From contig NC_042997.1 of assembly GCF_006345805.1 (NCBI RefSeq), positions 39,122,001 to 39,186,000 on the forward strand: a stretch of DNA of 64,000 bases, written 5' to 3'. Below the pieces are notes generated by a model, which worked only from the letters and a program-made list of their open reading frames with translations, made no database searches and had not been told where the DNA came from. Both the position numbers and the translations under genes were made by a program. Below are positions 36,094 through 49,524 of the stretch, piece after piece. Origin of the DNA: Octopus sinensis (lineage: Eukaryota). Position 1 is the first letter of the stretch; every line of letters begins with the position of its first letter.

Positions 36094-37027
36094 TCTTCTT
36101 CTTGTCTTGAGACAGCATTCACCCAGGGTGGGTTCAGCTGGCTTCATTCATCCTCAATGCTGCATCTCTCATAAACACCGACCAGGCCTGGCGATTTGAG
36201 GCTAACAACTGCGTGATCTCCAACCACTCCCTACTCCAGCTGCGAACACCGTAGATATGGGGGCTTAGGTTGGGTTCCAGATCAGCCTTGACTGTCATCA
36301 GCCAGGTTTTTCATTGTCCCCCACGTCGCTTTTGCGAAGGGGAGCTGGGGCAATTGCTTCGTAGATGAATTCTCCTGGTTGACGACGGAGGGCATGACCC
36401 AGCCAACGCAGACATCTCTTTGAGATGGCTTGTCAGAGGGAGCTAATTTTGCACTGGTGTCACACAGAATTGTTGGAGACAAAGTGATGCCATCGGACAC
36501 GAAGGATGCACTGATCATATCTTCACCCTAAGATGAATCCTTGAACACCATTGGTGCTTTCAGCAAAAAGCAGTCATCTGCTTTGTTGATTTTGCTGCTG
36601 CATTCGACTCCATCGATCGTGACACCCCCTGGAAGGTCATGCAGGCAGATGGTATTAAGGCGACGAGCTGGCAGAAATGTTAGCACGCCGGACGGAATGC
36701 TTCGTGGTATTTCATCTGCCGTTACATTCTGAGTTCAAATTCTGCCGAGGTTGACTTTGCCTTTCATCCTTTCGGGGTCGATAAATTAAGTACCAGTTAC
36801 GCACTGGGGTGGGTGTAATCGACTTAATCCGTTTGTCTGTCCTTGTTTATCCTCTCTGTGTTTAGCCCCTTGTGGGTAGTAAAGAAATAGGTATCCCACC
36901 TAAACTTCTCAATCTTATCAAAGCTTATTACCGCTCAACAAGATCCCGCGTACGCGTGTACGGTGAAGTGTCAGAACCCTTCGAAATACGGTCTGGTGTT
37001 CGGCAAGGATGTGTTCTTTCGCCAATG
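36094..37027 (-). mobile_element. RTE LINE copy with a 5' inversion and 11-bp TSD; a SINE C lies inside the inverted part
   Basis: TSD aagagatggtg at 36083-36093 and 37028-37038. 36094 to about 36500 is the 3' end on -; about 36500-37027 is RT sequence on +. Confidence 0.88.
36656..36889 (+). mobile_element. SINE family C inserted in RTE RT sequence
   Basis: ggtat is duplicated at 36651-36655 and 36890-36894; removal restores ADGIPPKLL. Confidence 0.88.
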
Positions 37028-37246
37028 AAGAGATGGTGCACTGTAAATGTCAAACAACTTTGGATATGTTCTTCCCTCCTGCAGCATATGTTGCTGCTGC
37101 TGATCTATGCAGCAAAAGATAGTCTCACATCTTCTCATCGAACCACCACCTATCACATAGTAGTCAACATCATTTGAAGTAAATATGTAACTGTATTTTT
37201 TATTGATTCTCTAATGTATATCTCCTCAAATGGTTTTATGTATATA

Positions 37247-37637
37247 GTGGCTGTGTGGTAAGTAGCTTGCTAACCAACCACATGGTTCCGGGTTCAATCC
37301 CACTGCGTGGCATCTTGGGCAAGTGTCTTCTGCTACAGCCCCAGGCCGATCAATGCCTTGTGAGTGGATTTGGTAGACGGAAACTGAAAGAAGCCTGTCG
37401 TATATATGTATATATATATATGTATGTGTGTGAGTCTGTGTTTGTTCCCCTAGCATTGCTTGATAACCGATGCTGGTGTGTTTACGTCCCCATCACTTAG
37501 CGGTTCGGCAAAAAGAGACCGATAGAATAAGTACTGGGCTTACAAAAAGAATAAGTCCCGGGGTCGAGTTGCTCGACTAAAGGCGGTGCCCCAGCATGGC
37601 CACAGTCAAATGACTGAAACAAGTAAAAGAGTAAAGA

Positions 37638-37678
<41 letters not shown>

Positions 37679-38559
37679 AATATAAAATATATATATATAT
37701 ATATATATACATACTTAATTATGTGTGTCTAAAAAGTGTTTTCTTGCAAGAAATTTTTTTATATTTTTTTCTGGAAAATATTCTGCTGGGGCACATTTTG
37801 ATTCATAGCATGGAAATCAATAGGAAATCAGGTCTCACAGTATGGAATTCAGCATTATGCAAAGATTTCCAAGGATACCTTGATATTCCAGCTCCTACAA
37901 GCACAAATCTTCATTTCCTTCCAAAATTTATTGCTTTCAATGGTATCAGGACAATATCACCTACCTCCCACCCACACAAGGACAAAGTCCCTCTGAGGGC
38001 AAAATCCCACCGAACAAATTTTACACAAAAATATCAACCAGCGGTGGTGCCCCAGCATGGCCGCGGCCTTCGGGCTAAAACGTTTTTAAGGATTTTAAGG
38101 ATTTAATAAATATTTTAAATTTTTTAATAAAATTTTACTTTCCTAAAATATCTTAATTGTAAAGAACAATATCCTGTTGGATATTGACTGGCAGGAGATT
38201 TTGTCTGGTGGGGAAGAAAGATTTTGTCTAGGGGGTGGGGGTTGTCCTAGAACCATTTTTAACATAACCATATCCACAAGAGATATTATCACAGAACAAA
38301 TATCTCAGTAACTGGCCTATCAACAGTGTATATACATTAACTTATGATACAGTCTTTTACTTGTTCCAGTCATTTGACAGCAGCCTTAAAGGGATTTTAG
38401 TCAAAGAAATTGACTTCAAGACCTATTCTTTGTAAGCCTAGTACTTATTCCATCGGTCTCTTTTGCCGAACTGCTAAGTTATGGAGACATAAACTGACCA
38501 GCATCGGTTGTGAAGCAATGACAGTGGGGACAAATACAGACACACACATAAATATATAC

Positions 38560-38650
<91 letters not shown>

Positions 38651-38856
38651 TCACGGAGTGGTTGGCGTTAGGAAGGGCATCCAGCTGTAGAAACATTGCC
38701 AGATTAGACTGGAGCCTGGTGCAGCCTTCTGGCTTCCCAGAACCCCGGTCGAACCGTCCAACCCATGCTAGCATGGAGAACGGACGTTAAACGATGATGA
38801 TGATGATGATGATGATGATGATACATACATATATGTGTGTGTGTGTGTATACATAC

Positions 38857-38923
<67 letters not shown>

Positions 38924-39611
38924 ACTTTCAGATTCCGTCTACCAAATTCACTCACAAGGCTGTGGTTGGCCCCAGGCTATAGTAGAAGACACTTGCCCAA
39001 GGTGCCACACAGTGGGACTGAACCCAGAACCATGTGGTAGGGAAGCAAGCTTCTTAGCACAGAGCCATGTCAGCTATTTAAATATAATACTGCCTCAATT
39101 GTGTATACCAGGTTTTTTTATTCAGCTGGGCAGCTATTTGTAACATCAGTGAATGCTTTATTCTCCTGTATCAAAGGCAAAAAACTATTACCTGAGCAGA
39201 AGGTTGGCTGCATGTATATGCCATAGAAAAGGCCCAAAATAGCTGAAATGCTTTTGGTACTTTCACTGGCCACTGCTGGGACAATTTTTTGTCTCCCTCC
39301 AATATTTATTGTTTTAAACTTAGCATGTCCATAAGAGATGTTATCTCAGGGCAAATACAGCAGCAACTTGGCCTATCAACAGTAGATATACAGTAATTAT
39401 GATGCATAGATGTCTCTCGCTCTGTGTGAACATGTATGTACGGCATTAGGAAGGGCATCCAGCCGTAGAAATCATGCCAAAATGAGTCCTGAGGCTTGAT
39501 GGATCCTGTCAAACCGTCCTCTCCCATATCATCATGCAAACTGGGCATTAAATGATGATGGTGATATATTACACACACACACAACATACACACATGCATA
39601 TACGAATACAT

Positions 39612-39642
<31 letters not shown>

Positions 39643-39703
39643 TACATACATACATGCATACATACATACATATACATACATACATACACACACATACATA
39701 CAT

Positions 39704-39750
<47 letters not shown>

Positions 39751-40473
39751 TACATACATACATGCATACATACATACATATACATACATACATATTCATA
39801 CATACATACATTAGTACGTATATATGTGTATGTACACATTAGGAGTATGTTAACAGCAAATCAATTCAGTTTTGCTTCAGTATTTTCCCATTGCAAAAGC
39901 AAGCTACTTACCATCTGTTATTGTTTTGATTGTCGCGGCTCTGACTTACATTCCTCAAATAACAATTACATTAAGTCAACAATCTCATTCTGATTTCTTC
40001 TAACCCATCTACGAGGAGTTTTCGACTCAAAACAATGGATTTCTGACATTTTGTAGTATATGTGCATGTAAACCATATAATTAATGGTTTGATATTTAAA
40101 TCTATTTTTTTCTAATAATATACGCCTCACTATGTGGCACCTTGGGCAAGTGTCTTCTACTATAGCCTCGGGCCGACCAAAGCCTTGTGAGTGGACTTGG
40201 TAGACGGAAACTGAAAGAAGCCTGTCGTATATATGTATATATATATGTATATGTGTGTGTGCGTGTCTGTTTGTGTTTGTCCCCCCAGCATCGCTTGACA
40301 ACCGATGCTGGTGTGTTTATGTCTCCGTCACTTAGCGGTTCGGCAAAGAGAGACCGATAGAATAAGTACTGGGCTTACAAAAGAATAAGTCCCGGGGTCG
40401 AGTTGCTCGATTAAAGGTGGTGCTCCAGCATGGCCGCAGTCAAATGACTGAAACAAGTAAAAGAGTAAAGAGT
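37247..40473. mobile_element. SINE and microsatellite field: SINE A about 37247-37640 (+); split SINE A about 38355-39065 (-) containing SINE B 38648-38822 (+); (ATAC)n about 39580-39830; SINE A about 40133-40473 (+)
   Basis: Family-diagnostic sequences and direct reading. Confidence 0.82.
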
Positions 40474-40559
40474 ATATTAGTAAAATGTTTTTGAAATTAA
40501 CTCCATCGTCTGCATAATTGTTTTATAATACTGAATCACCGGTGTGTATAAGCAAAATA

Positions 40560-40760
40560 TAAACAAAATAAACAGAGAGCCTCTATGTGGTCGTTCGGGA
40601 TGCGAGAAGTAACAGCCAAATTTTTCTCAAATACACATCCTATCGTCTTCATAAAGAATGAGACTACACACTGGATAATGTTGTCCTAGTACACTTGGTG
40701 TTCCTGATTGGAACATCTTTGACCATTAGATCTAATTAATCAACGTTGACCTGTGGTTAA
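40560..40760 (+). repeat. Old interspersed repeat; an inverted relative lies at about 43830-43985
   Basis: cactggataatgttgtcctagtacac vs the reverse complement of gtgtatctagggctacattatccaatg. Confidence 0.55.
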
Positions 40761-41802
40761 ATAATACCAATAACAAAGAAACTTATTTCGACCAAGATGC
40801 AGCTAATATAATATGTGATTAGTAAACTAATTTAGGAATATAAGCGTGTCTCATAAATAATAATATTAAACAAACAACTTAGGATTTTGAAAAGTTCCGT
40901 TAATACTTGCTCAGAGACTTAAAATAAATTTGCTTTTGAAGAATTCTGTTTAGAATTTTTAACTTATTATCAGCCAATTAATGACTCAAAGACTTTTCTT
41001 TTATCTCTCTCTCTATCAGATACTATCATGCCACTCAAAATGTGTCGGTAATTATGCAGATATCAGCAATCACCAAATCCAAGTGAACCGATTTAGAAGG
41101 AACTACCGAAGAAATCTTGTTTTGATATTGGAAACGTCAAGCACTTGCACACACACACATAGACAGAAGCTAATTATTGTGGAGATTGTCGCCAAGAGCA
41201 AATTCTTGCCTCTCATCCAAACGACCGGTTCGGCATAATTTGTATATTCTCTGTGAATACACATCAATGATATAAATCCTTCGATATCATAACTTAATTT
41301 TTCTAAAAAGAAATTTTGCACTAATGATTGTCAGTCGTTAATACATAGTTATAAATAATAATGACGATATACCTATAGCGGTATGGAAACGATGGTTCTG
41401 CCACCGGATTATTAAACCTAAATGATCTTTACCGGTGATCACATTTCCGAAAATTACTGCACTGTACTTAGTGCTCGATAATGACCAGCAGCTAATCGAT
41501 ATACGAGATAATTTGCTCTGACAGAATCTATAATTGTGCATGAATATAAAACTATCCATGTGTTTGTAACTGCAATAATAATCATTAGGAAAAGCCGAAC
41601 GAAGGAGAAAAGAGACAATTTCCCAATCTTTCAGTGAACATTCCATTTGTTTTCCGGTATATTTTCCGGGAAAGAAAGAAAAATATCAGACAAGACCAAA
41701 ACATTATCAAAACTTTTAAGCATGTGCGACACAACTGACTGCTGCCACTTTACTATTCATATATAGTAAGCTAAGAGTGTGTGTGTGTGTGTGCGTGTGT
41801 GG

Positions 41803-41847
<45 letters not shown>

Positions 41848-42059
41848 CATTTATATACAATACGCTGTGTAACCAACCTACTTTCTCTCTTACTGTCTCA
41901 TTCCCTCTCTCTCTGACTCTCTTTCTTCCTCATTCCTTTTCTCTCTCTCTCTCACTTCCTCTGTGTCTCTTTACCTCTCTCTCTCTCTCTCGTCCACCCT
42001 CTCTCTTCTGACTCTCGACGTGTCTTTCGTATTCCACCACCAACACCAAAAGCGCTAAA

Positions 42060-42340
42060 CCATCGTCGACGGCGGAAGTATAATTCCGTGTGCTAAACCA
42101 GCTTGGCTTTAAAATTTCTTTGGAGGTCCTGTTTTATCTTATATCTTTACTTACTTTCACCTAAACTACCTGGCTAGCTCGTATTTGTCTTGCTCATTAT
42201 GAACGGTTGCAATGCCCATGTCGCCATGGGCTGTAATCGAGTGGCCGAAGAGAAAGTGGATATTTTCTCACCCCGGACGCCTATAAATACAGAACCTCTC
42301 ACCTCCAAATATTCTATCCAAGGAGAACTCGGAAGGTAAA
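42060..42340 (+). promoter_or_regulatory. Putative Pol II promoter and short non-coding first exon (about 42310-42335) of an unidentified gene
   Basis: Non-repetitive, CpG-richer DNA. ETS motif CGGAAGT at 42073, TATA box cTATAAATa at 42282, donor ggaag|gtaaat at 42336, followed by T-rich intron-like sequence. Confidence 0.6.
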
Positions 42341-43184
42341 TGAAATTTCTTTTTTTTTACCCACTCTTTATTTGTTCTTATTTGTTCAATCACTCATTCA
42401 ACCGACAAAGAAAAAGAAACACTCACCTTACCTTAATGAGTATTTCCCAAATTTCAAGGTGTGCATAACGTAATACATACATGAAATAACTGATCAATAT
42501 TTTTACATCTTAATTTGGAAGTTTTTTTTTTTAATATTTAGTTTCATATATCATTGTGATAGTTTAGTTATATCTTGATTAAGGTTAGGTACCTGAGATG
42601 AGAAAGTGACACCTGGTAATTAAGGTTAATTGCGATTAGTTTAGTAATGTGATATTTAAACCATGTGTTCTTTCAGCGACCAAGTTAACTGGGCATTCTT
42701 ACTGTTTTGGTTCACACTTTGCTTGTTTAACGGATTTAGTTCAGGTTTAGCTTGATATTGTGGTTTGCATTCGGTTATTGTGCAATTCGGGTTGGTAGTG
42801 GGTTTGATATGTCTAAGCTCTCCGTGTGAAATTACGTTTTTGTGGTTGTAAAATAAATACTCTTCCGATTATATTCAAAGATTACCGAATTTGCTTATGA
42901 AAATTGTCTTGTATCTTTGTTATGTATTTTTCTTTTGTTAATTTTCTTGCACGTTTATTAGATGTCATATGAAGTATAAAAAAAATTATGTTTACGAATT
43001 CGTTTTGTGCAAGTTTCCTGGTGTGAAATCGAGTGTTGAAACAGATATTGTTATATTTCGGGGTTTGGCAAGAATAAAAAAAAAAAAACTACCATCCCGA
43101 AATATAACAACAAGGTATAAGAAAATTATTATTTAAACAAAAAAACGCAAGGGATAAAAATACATGTTTACTTTATACAAAGAA

Positions 43185-43232
43185 ACCAAACAGTCCATAC
43201 CCGTATTACAATACGGGTATGGACTGTTTGGT
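43185..43232. other. Perfect 23-bp-arm hairpin with a 2-nt loop
   Basis: accaaacagtccatacccgtatt-ac-aatacgggtatggactgtttggt. Confidence 0.9.
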
Positions 43233-43469
43233 ATGAGATTTTGTTTTTAACTGCAGGACCAAGCTATGTGTGTTTCGTTGTTTATATCTTTAAAAATAAT
43301 AATAATAAAGTTTCCAGTCATTCAAGTCCCTTTCTTTCATAAACAATCTAATATCTTCAAGCCTTTCCTTTCAACCATATGCATGCAACACTGATTGTTC
43401 TTGTTTATTAATTACCTACCAATTTGAATTGAAACTGTTTGTGGGGAAGGGAGGAATTGAACACATTTA

Positions 43470-43526
<57 letters not shown>

Positions 43527-44984
43527 TATATATATTCCTTGCACTTAGTGTAGTCATTTTGCCAATAAATTATATATATGTATATGTATAATGAATGTAT
43601 CAAGATGTTTCGTTTCCTGTAACCGTCTTTTCACTTTTAAAAATCTTTTGATGTACTTAGGACTGTTTCTTTATTTCGTTACAACTTTTTCTTCGATGTC
43701 TTGTATTTCGGGGGAACAAAAGAAAAGTTAGCTGTTTAAATTCTTTTGGGTTACATCTTTTTTTCATTTGCTTTCCTCTTTTCTATTCTATCCTATGTTG
43801 TTTTATTTTGGGGTTGTTTTTTTGTACAGCTCATCTCAGCTCTGAGTGAATCCTATGATCAAAGGCATTCCAACCTTAACAATCCTGTCTTATTTATCAG
43901 GCACAGTGTATCTAGGGCTACATTATCCAATGTGTTTATTACTTTCAGATGATGTGTCATTTGAAGGAGACTACAGCCGCCTTGGCTCGTCTTATCCTTT
44001 CTTTGTGTGTGTGTTGTAGGATGAGTTTTAACAATGACCTACCATAATAATGTTTTCTCATGTTTGCATTAGTTTACACATTTGCAGAAGTAGATATGAA
44101 TCAACTTCGTTGCACGGTTGCCCCTTGTTTCATCAACCCCAGAAATTTGTCAGACAAAAGTCGGTCTCTGTCCTTGTAGGATTTGAACCTAGAACGTAGC
44201 AGGACGGAACAAGTTGCTGTAAAATTTCTGGGCATTGTACATTCATGGATTTTATGCTTCACAAACGATATCGAGTTTTTAGTGTCTAATATTTGTTTTA
44301 GGCCCTTATTCTATATATATATACTAAATGTATAAATAGGCCTTGGTTTCAAAATGTCACTTTGTCGTAATATTGCTTCAGGTCGAAGGCCTATTATATA
44401 GCGGAGGTGTAACTAATTGAATTACTGCTTCTTAATTCATCAGCCCTGACAAGGTTTACCCACAGCATCTAATTCGATATTGTATTATGTACACTGAGCA
44501 GTATTTGTTCCGGTTCTTTGCATTCTAAGTTCAACTCATGCCGAGGTCAACGTAGCCTTTCATCCCTCTTGGGTCGATAAAGTACCAGTCACGTACTTAA
44601 GGATCGATAGTATCGACTAACCCCCTTCCCTTAAGCTTTCTGGTCTTGTGCCTAAATCAGAAGCCATTATTATTATGTGCTCTGACTTTCACAAATTTCA
44701 AGACCTTTAAAATGCGTTATATTTAACAAAATATAGGGGGTTTCTTTTGGATCCTGCCGTATTTTAGAATCTTGAGGTAGTTCGGGCACACCAATTATTT
44801 TTATATCATTATTGAATTACCATTTTTAATGCCTGGATTCTGTTGAGTTTGGCATTGACTGTTCATGTTGTTACGTAAACTATTTAAAGATTAAACTAGT
44901 TCATTCGTAACTTTTAAAAACAACTCGATGATATATGGCAGTTTTTGATAATCTGCGAATGTGTGGCTTATTTATAGTTTTACG

Positions 44985-45019
<35 letters not shown>

Positions 45020-45131
45020 TGTACAATCAATTAAATAGCATGGAGAACATTTTAATATATATATATCGATGTGGGTTTGTAATGTTTCATATGCACCTCA
45101 CAAAGGTTTAGGAAGTAATTAAGCTATGGGC

Positions 45132-45139
45132 TGACGTCA
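45132..45139. promoter_or_regulatory. Full CRE palindrome TGACGTCA
   Basis: Exact match in unique sequence; function untested. Confidence 0.3.
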
Positions 45140-46134
45140 GACTCAGTGCCCGAAAGAATCCAATTATACTGAATTCACTTCGTAAAATTTCAGCTGCAGG
45201 ATTTGATTGTATTTTCTTACAATTTATGATATCGCTTTTATTTACTCCCCTCTTTCAGAAAGTCAGATTCTTTCTAAGAAAGCACCTTAAGAACATTAGT
45301 TTTTTCTTCTTAAACAAGATAACATATCTTCGAATTAAAGGTTTCTGATTACACTTCGATATAAGCATTTGCTTTTTTTTTACTATTTCCTTAAACCATA
45401 TTCAAATTCATTTAAAATTTTTTTTAACCCAGTTAAGCTACTCTATTTGCCACTGAATTTATATGCATATATGTATGCTCTGCTGTTTATTAACTCACTT
45501 TGAAGCCTGACTTCTTTTTCAAAAGTCGGTTGACTGCTGAAAAGAATATACTGTCCCTTCAAATTGCTCCTCAATATAGTTAAACTTTACCCAGTTAACC
45601 ACTTATTGCGTAGACTCTCTCGCCATTCATACAAGTATTTTTTTCTTCCTTACATCCTTTTTTCATTGTTTGCATAGGTTTTTTTTAAAGCAGCTCCCTT
45701 CTCTATCCCGCCTGATTTCCTCAAACTTGTTATACGAGCTTTTTCAATGTAAATAAAAACTTTTTTTTTTCTAGGAGAAAGGGGAAAAGAGTGTCAGTAA
45801 TGAAATATATATATATACTTAAATATATGAATGGAAAAAAATTTCAAAATCCTCAGATATATTATTTTGAAATTGAGGGTGTGTGGTGTTATTGTTAAGA
45901 TATATTACGGTTATTTGTAATAAAAGGATCAGTCAATCGCCCAGCTGCACTGTGTATTTTGGTCGCTTGTTAGGAGGAGGACGGCGGCGAGGAGAAGAGG
46001 AAAAAAATACATCCCCAGACATTGGAATGTCGCAGAGCTAAGAATATCTGATGGCTTCCTTGTTTTGACTCCACTTTTCGCGCAACCAACTCTCAACATA
46101 CTATTTCTGTTTCTTTTCGGCTATCTTTAAAACA

Positions 46135-46214
<80 letters not shown>

Positions 46215-46223
46215 TATATATAT

Positions 46224-48066
46224 ACTCTTTTACTTGTTTCAGTCATTTGACTGCGGCCATGCTGGAGCACCGCCTTTAGTCAAGCAAATCGACCCCGGGA
46301 CTTATTCTTTTTGTAAGCCCAGTACTTATTCTATCGGTTTCTTTTTGCCGAACCGCTAAGTGACGGGGACGTAAACACACCAGCATCGGTTGTCAAGCAA
46401 TGCTAGGGGGACAAACACAGACACACAAACATATATACACACACTTATATATATATACATATATACGACAGGCTTCTTTCAGTTTCCGTCTACCAAATCC
46501 ACTCACAAGGCTTTGGTCGGCCCGGTTAATTTAATTTAATTTTTTTTGGGCTCAAAAAGCAAAAGCAAGGCCATGTAGGGGGACATGGAGTTATGTACAG
46601 GGAGGGTGTTCACACACAGAGTTCAGGCCATTTCTGGTCAAGAGAGACTTTGAACTAAGCGGTCGTCGACATCTTATGTGTGTATGTATATATATACATG
46701 ACGTTTATACATACACACGCATTTAGGATGCATTTATGAGAACTTCACTGGTACTTTAATTTATCGGCTTCCAGAAGGAAGCAAGGCTAAGTTGGCTTTT
46801 GCAGTATTTGACCTTAAAATGCAAAGGGTTCGGGCATTTTCTCCGACGCCCTAATGATTCAACCAGTGCACTAACGTGACAAGAAGGAATCTTCATTGTG
46901 GAGAAGGGGTTTACGTGCTTGTACTAGAAAATTATTACTCAACATCAGCATCTTGTGTAAATATTGAACTGCTAACACCTTTTAGTTCATGAGACGGTGA
47001 CGGTCTTTAATAATATTTACTATCCAAATCTATGGCTTATCCTGAATGAAATGTTAGCTAAAATTGTTAGAGGCAGATTTTATCACTTGATCCTTGTGCC
47101 ATCAAACAGTTGATTCCTTTTATATTCTTTGACTAGGAAGGTTTTTTCTTTTTTTCGGTTTATGCCATTCATTTTAGGAATATTCTTGAAAGTCAATATA
47201 ATAAATACAGAAAGGATTTAGCAACATTTTGAATTGATCCCTTTTTTTTTTTCTTCTTTTAACTCCCCAGAATTCCTCACATTCTTTTGATATTCCAAAG
47301 TACACTGACCTAAATATTTGCAAAATCAACATGAAAAATTAATCAATAAACATTCATTGTCTGCGTTTGATCTCCTAATTTTTCCATTACTCCAAGAGAA
47401 AATATGCTGAATTTAATGAATTCAAATATTGCAACTCTATTGAAAAATAACGACATTATACAGATATTTTTCACCAACTTTTGTCCTGTGGCATAATTTC
47501 TGCTTGAGTAGTTTATAAATATGTGAGGTATTCTACAGGTTTAAAGTACATCTTCACTTGATTTCATCCAGTGGAAATTTCAAAGATATAAATCAATTAA
47601 GCAGGTAGTTAAAGACAAAACTGTTGCAGAAGTAATATTATTTCATCTTCTTTAATAGCACTTCATCTTAAGCACTGCTTATAAACTAGTTCAGAAAGCT
47701 GTTATCAGCCTGACCAAATGAAATGCCTGATACGGTTGCAAAGTCATTCATGATAAACCAACTCTTTCCATTTGTGAGATGCACAGTACTTAACCCACTT
47801 CTAAGTATCATGAATTGGATGGGTTGACCTGAAAGAATAGGTGTACATTTTTTTCATTTAAGTAGCCAAAACACCAGTTAATGCAAACGAACAGGCTGTA
47901 TATTTTAAGAGTTTGGAAGTGGTAAGTAGCTTGCTAACCAACCACATGGTTCCGGGTTCAGCCCCACTGCGTGGCATCTTGGGCAAGTGTCTTCTGCTAT
48001 AGCCCCGGGCCGACCAATGCCTTGTGAGTGGATTTGGTAGACGGAAACCGAAAGAAGCCCGTCGTA

Positions 48067-48097
<31 letters not shown>

Positions 48098-48315
48098 GCG
48101 TGTTTGTGTGAGTGTGTTTGTCCCCCTAGCATTGCTTGACAACCGATGCTGGTGTGTTTATGTCCCCGTAACTTAGCGGTTCGGCAAAAGAGACCGATAG
48201 AATAAGTACTGGGCTTACAAAAGAATAAGTCCTGGAGTCGATTTGCTCGACTAAAGGCGGTGCTCCAGCATGGCCGCAGTCAAATGACTGAAACAAGTAA
48301 AAGAGTAAAGAGTAA
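46224..48315. mobile_element. SINE family A copies at about 46224-46525 (-) and 47920-48315 (+); unique sequence between them
   Basis: Family-diagnostic sequences. Confidence 0.85.
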
Positions 48316-48599
48316 ATAGTTCATTCTATTTTCTCAGTAATATATGTTTGTTAAAGAGAAGTGAAATAGCTCCTACAGAAAATAAAAACTGCATTGCAGA
48401 ATCAGCTCACTAGCAGCCAGCTGCCTGATTCTTGTGCAGTATAACTGACTGCAGAAGTTCAAGTTAGTGCAGGAAGAATGGCTGGTATTGCATAATTGCC
48501 AGATTTCATAGAACCTGGCCACGTTTCTGCTTCACCAAACTGGTAGGATTTTTAGCCATCAAGTTTTTCTTGTGGATAGAAATATTCCATTCACTTTAA

Positions 48600-49135
48600 C
48601 CCTTTTGATACCAACCTACCTGAAACCGCCTCTGACTTTGTAGTACAAATGTCTTGTTTTCAAAAGTTCTGAATTAAAATCTTCCACCAAACCTTAGTCA
48701 CAATTTATGTTCCTAACACTAGCTTAATGATAACTAAGTTATTTTACTAAATTATTTGTTATATTTAAAATTTATTGAAAGAAACACAGAGCATCTCAAA
48801 ATAAATACGGTAACCCCAGTAGTTGACTACTATTATTTTATTGACTCTGGAAAGATGAGAAAAGTCAACCTCATAAGAATGTAGCATATTTGGGCTGGAT
48901 ATGGCTAGTTTAACCCTTTTGATACCAACCCGACTGAAACCGGCTCAGGCTTTGTAGTACAAATGTCTTGTTTTCATAAGTTTTGAATTAAAATCTTCCA
49001 CCAAACCTTAATCACAATTTATGTTCCTAACACTAGCTTAATGATAACTAAGTTATTTTACTAAATTCTTTGTTGTATTTAAAATTAAATGAAAGACACA
49101 CAGAGCATCTCAACAGAAATATGGAAACAAAAGGG
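48600..49135. mobile_element. Two piggyBac-like type 1 MITEs (48600 to about 48813, right end lost; 48914-49135, complete)
   Basis: TTAA|cccttttgatacc ... caaaaggg|TTAA. Confidence 0.85.
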
Positions 49136-49524
49136 TTAACATAAACCCCTGTCTTTCAGATGCAGAAAGATATGTTTGAAAGAAAAGAAGCAACAAAAAC
49201 CTGATAGAATAGGACTGACTTAGGGCTAAACAACAGCATCCGTGAACTAACAAGATTGATTGATTTGCTAGAAATAAGTCAAACTTTTGAAGCTGATTTT
49301 TGAAATCTGATAGAAAATATAAACTTAAAATTATTCAATCCTTCTGGAAATCAAGCTGGCATCAGCTGTTTGTTAAATGTTTTAAGATGAGGGGAAAGTT
49401 TGTAGTAGAACTTCAAGCTTATAATTAATGCTCCAGGAATCAAGTCATTTTATCAACCTTGCTAATACATTTATGTGTATGTGTGTGTAGCATATATGCA
49501 TATATATTTTCATTATATATATAT

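Larger units (their letters stand above)
35180..37110 (+). pseudogene. Tigger/pogo DDE transposase fossil, interrupted by two RTE insertions
   Basis: KALLILDSAPNH...LFQLMNQGLIINYKVYYLR. After removing 36094-37038 the C-terminus reads ELYKEMVHCKCQTTLDMFF. Confidence 0.8.

Noticed and set aside
42214-42233. p53 response element suggested by paired CATG cores
   Set aside because: The flanks do not fit RRRCWWGYYY; kept only as an inverted repeat.
43949-44000. Coding exon starting ttcag|atgatg
   Set aside because: It lies within an old interspersed repeat also present inverted at about 40560-40760.
47539-47604. 66-nt exon with one open frame (FKVHLHLISSSGNFKDINQLS)
   Set aside because: Weak splice sites and no recognisable protein; expected by chance.
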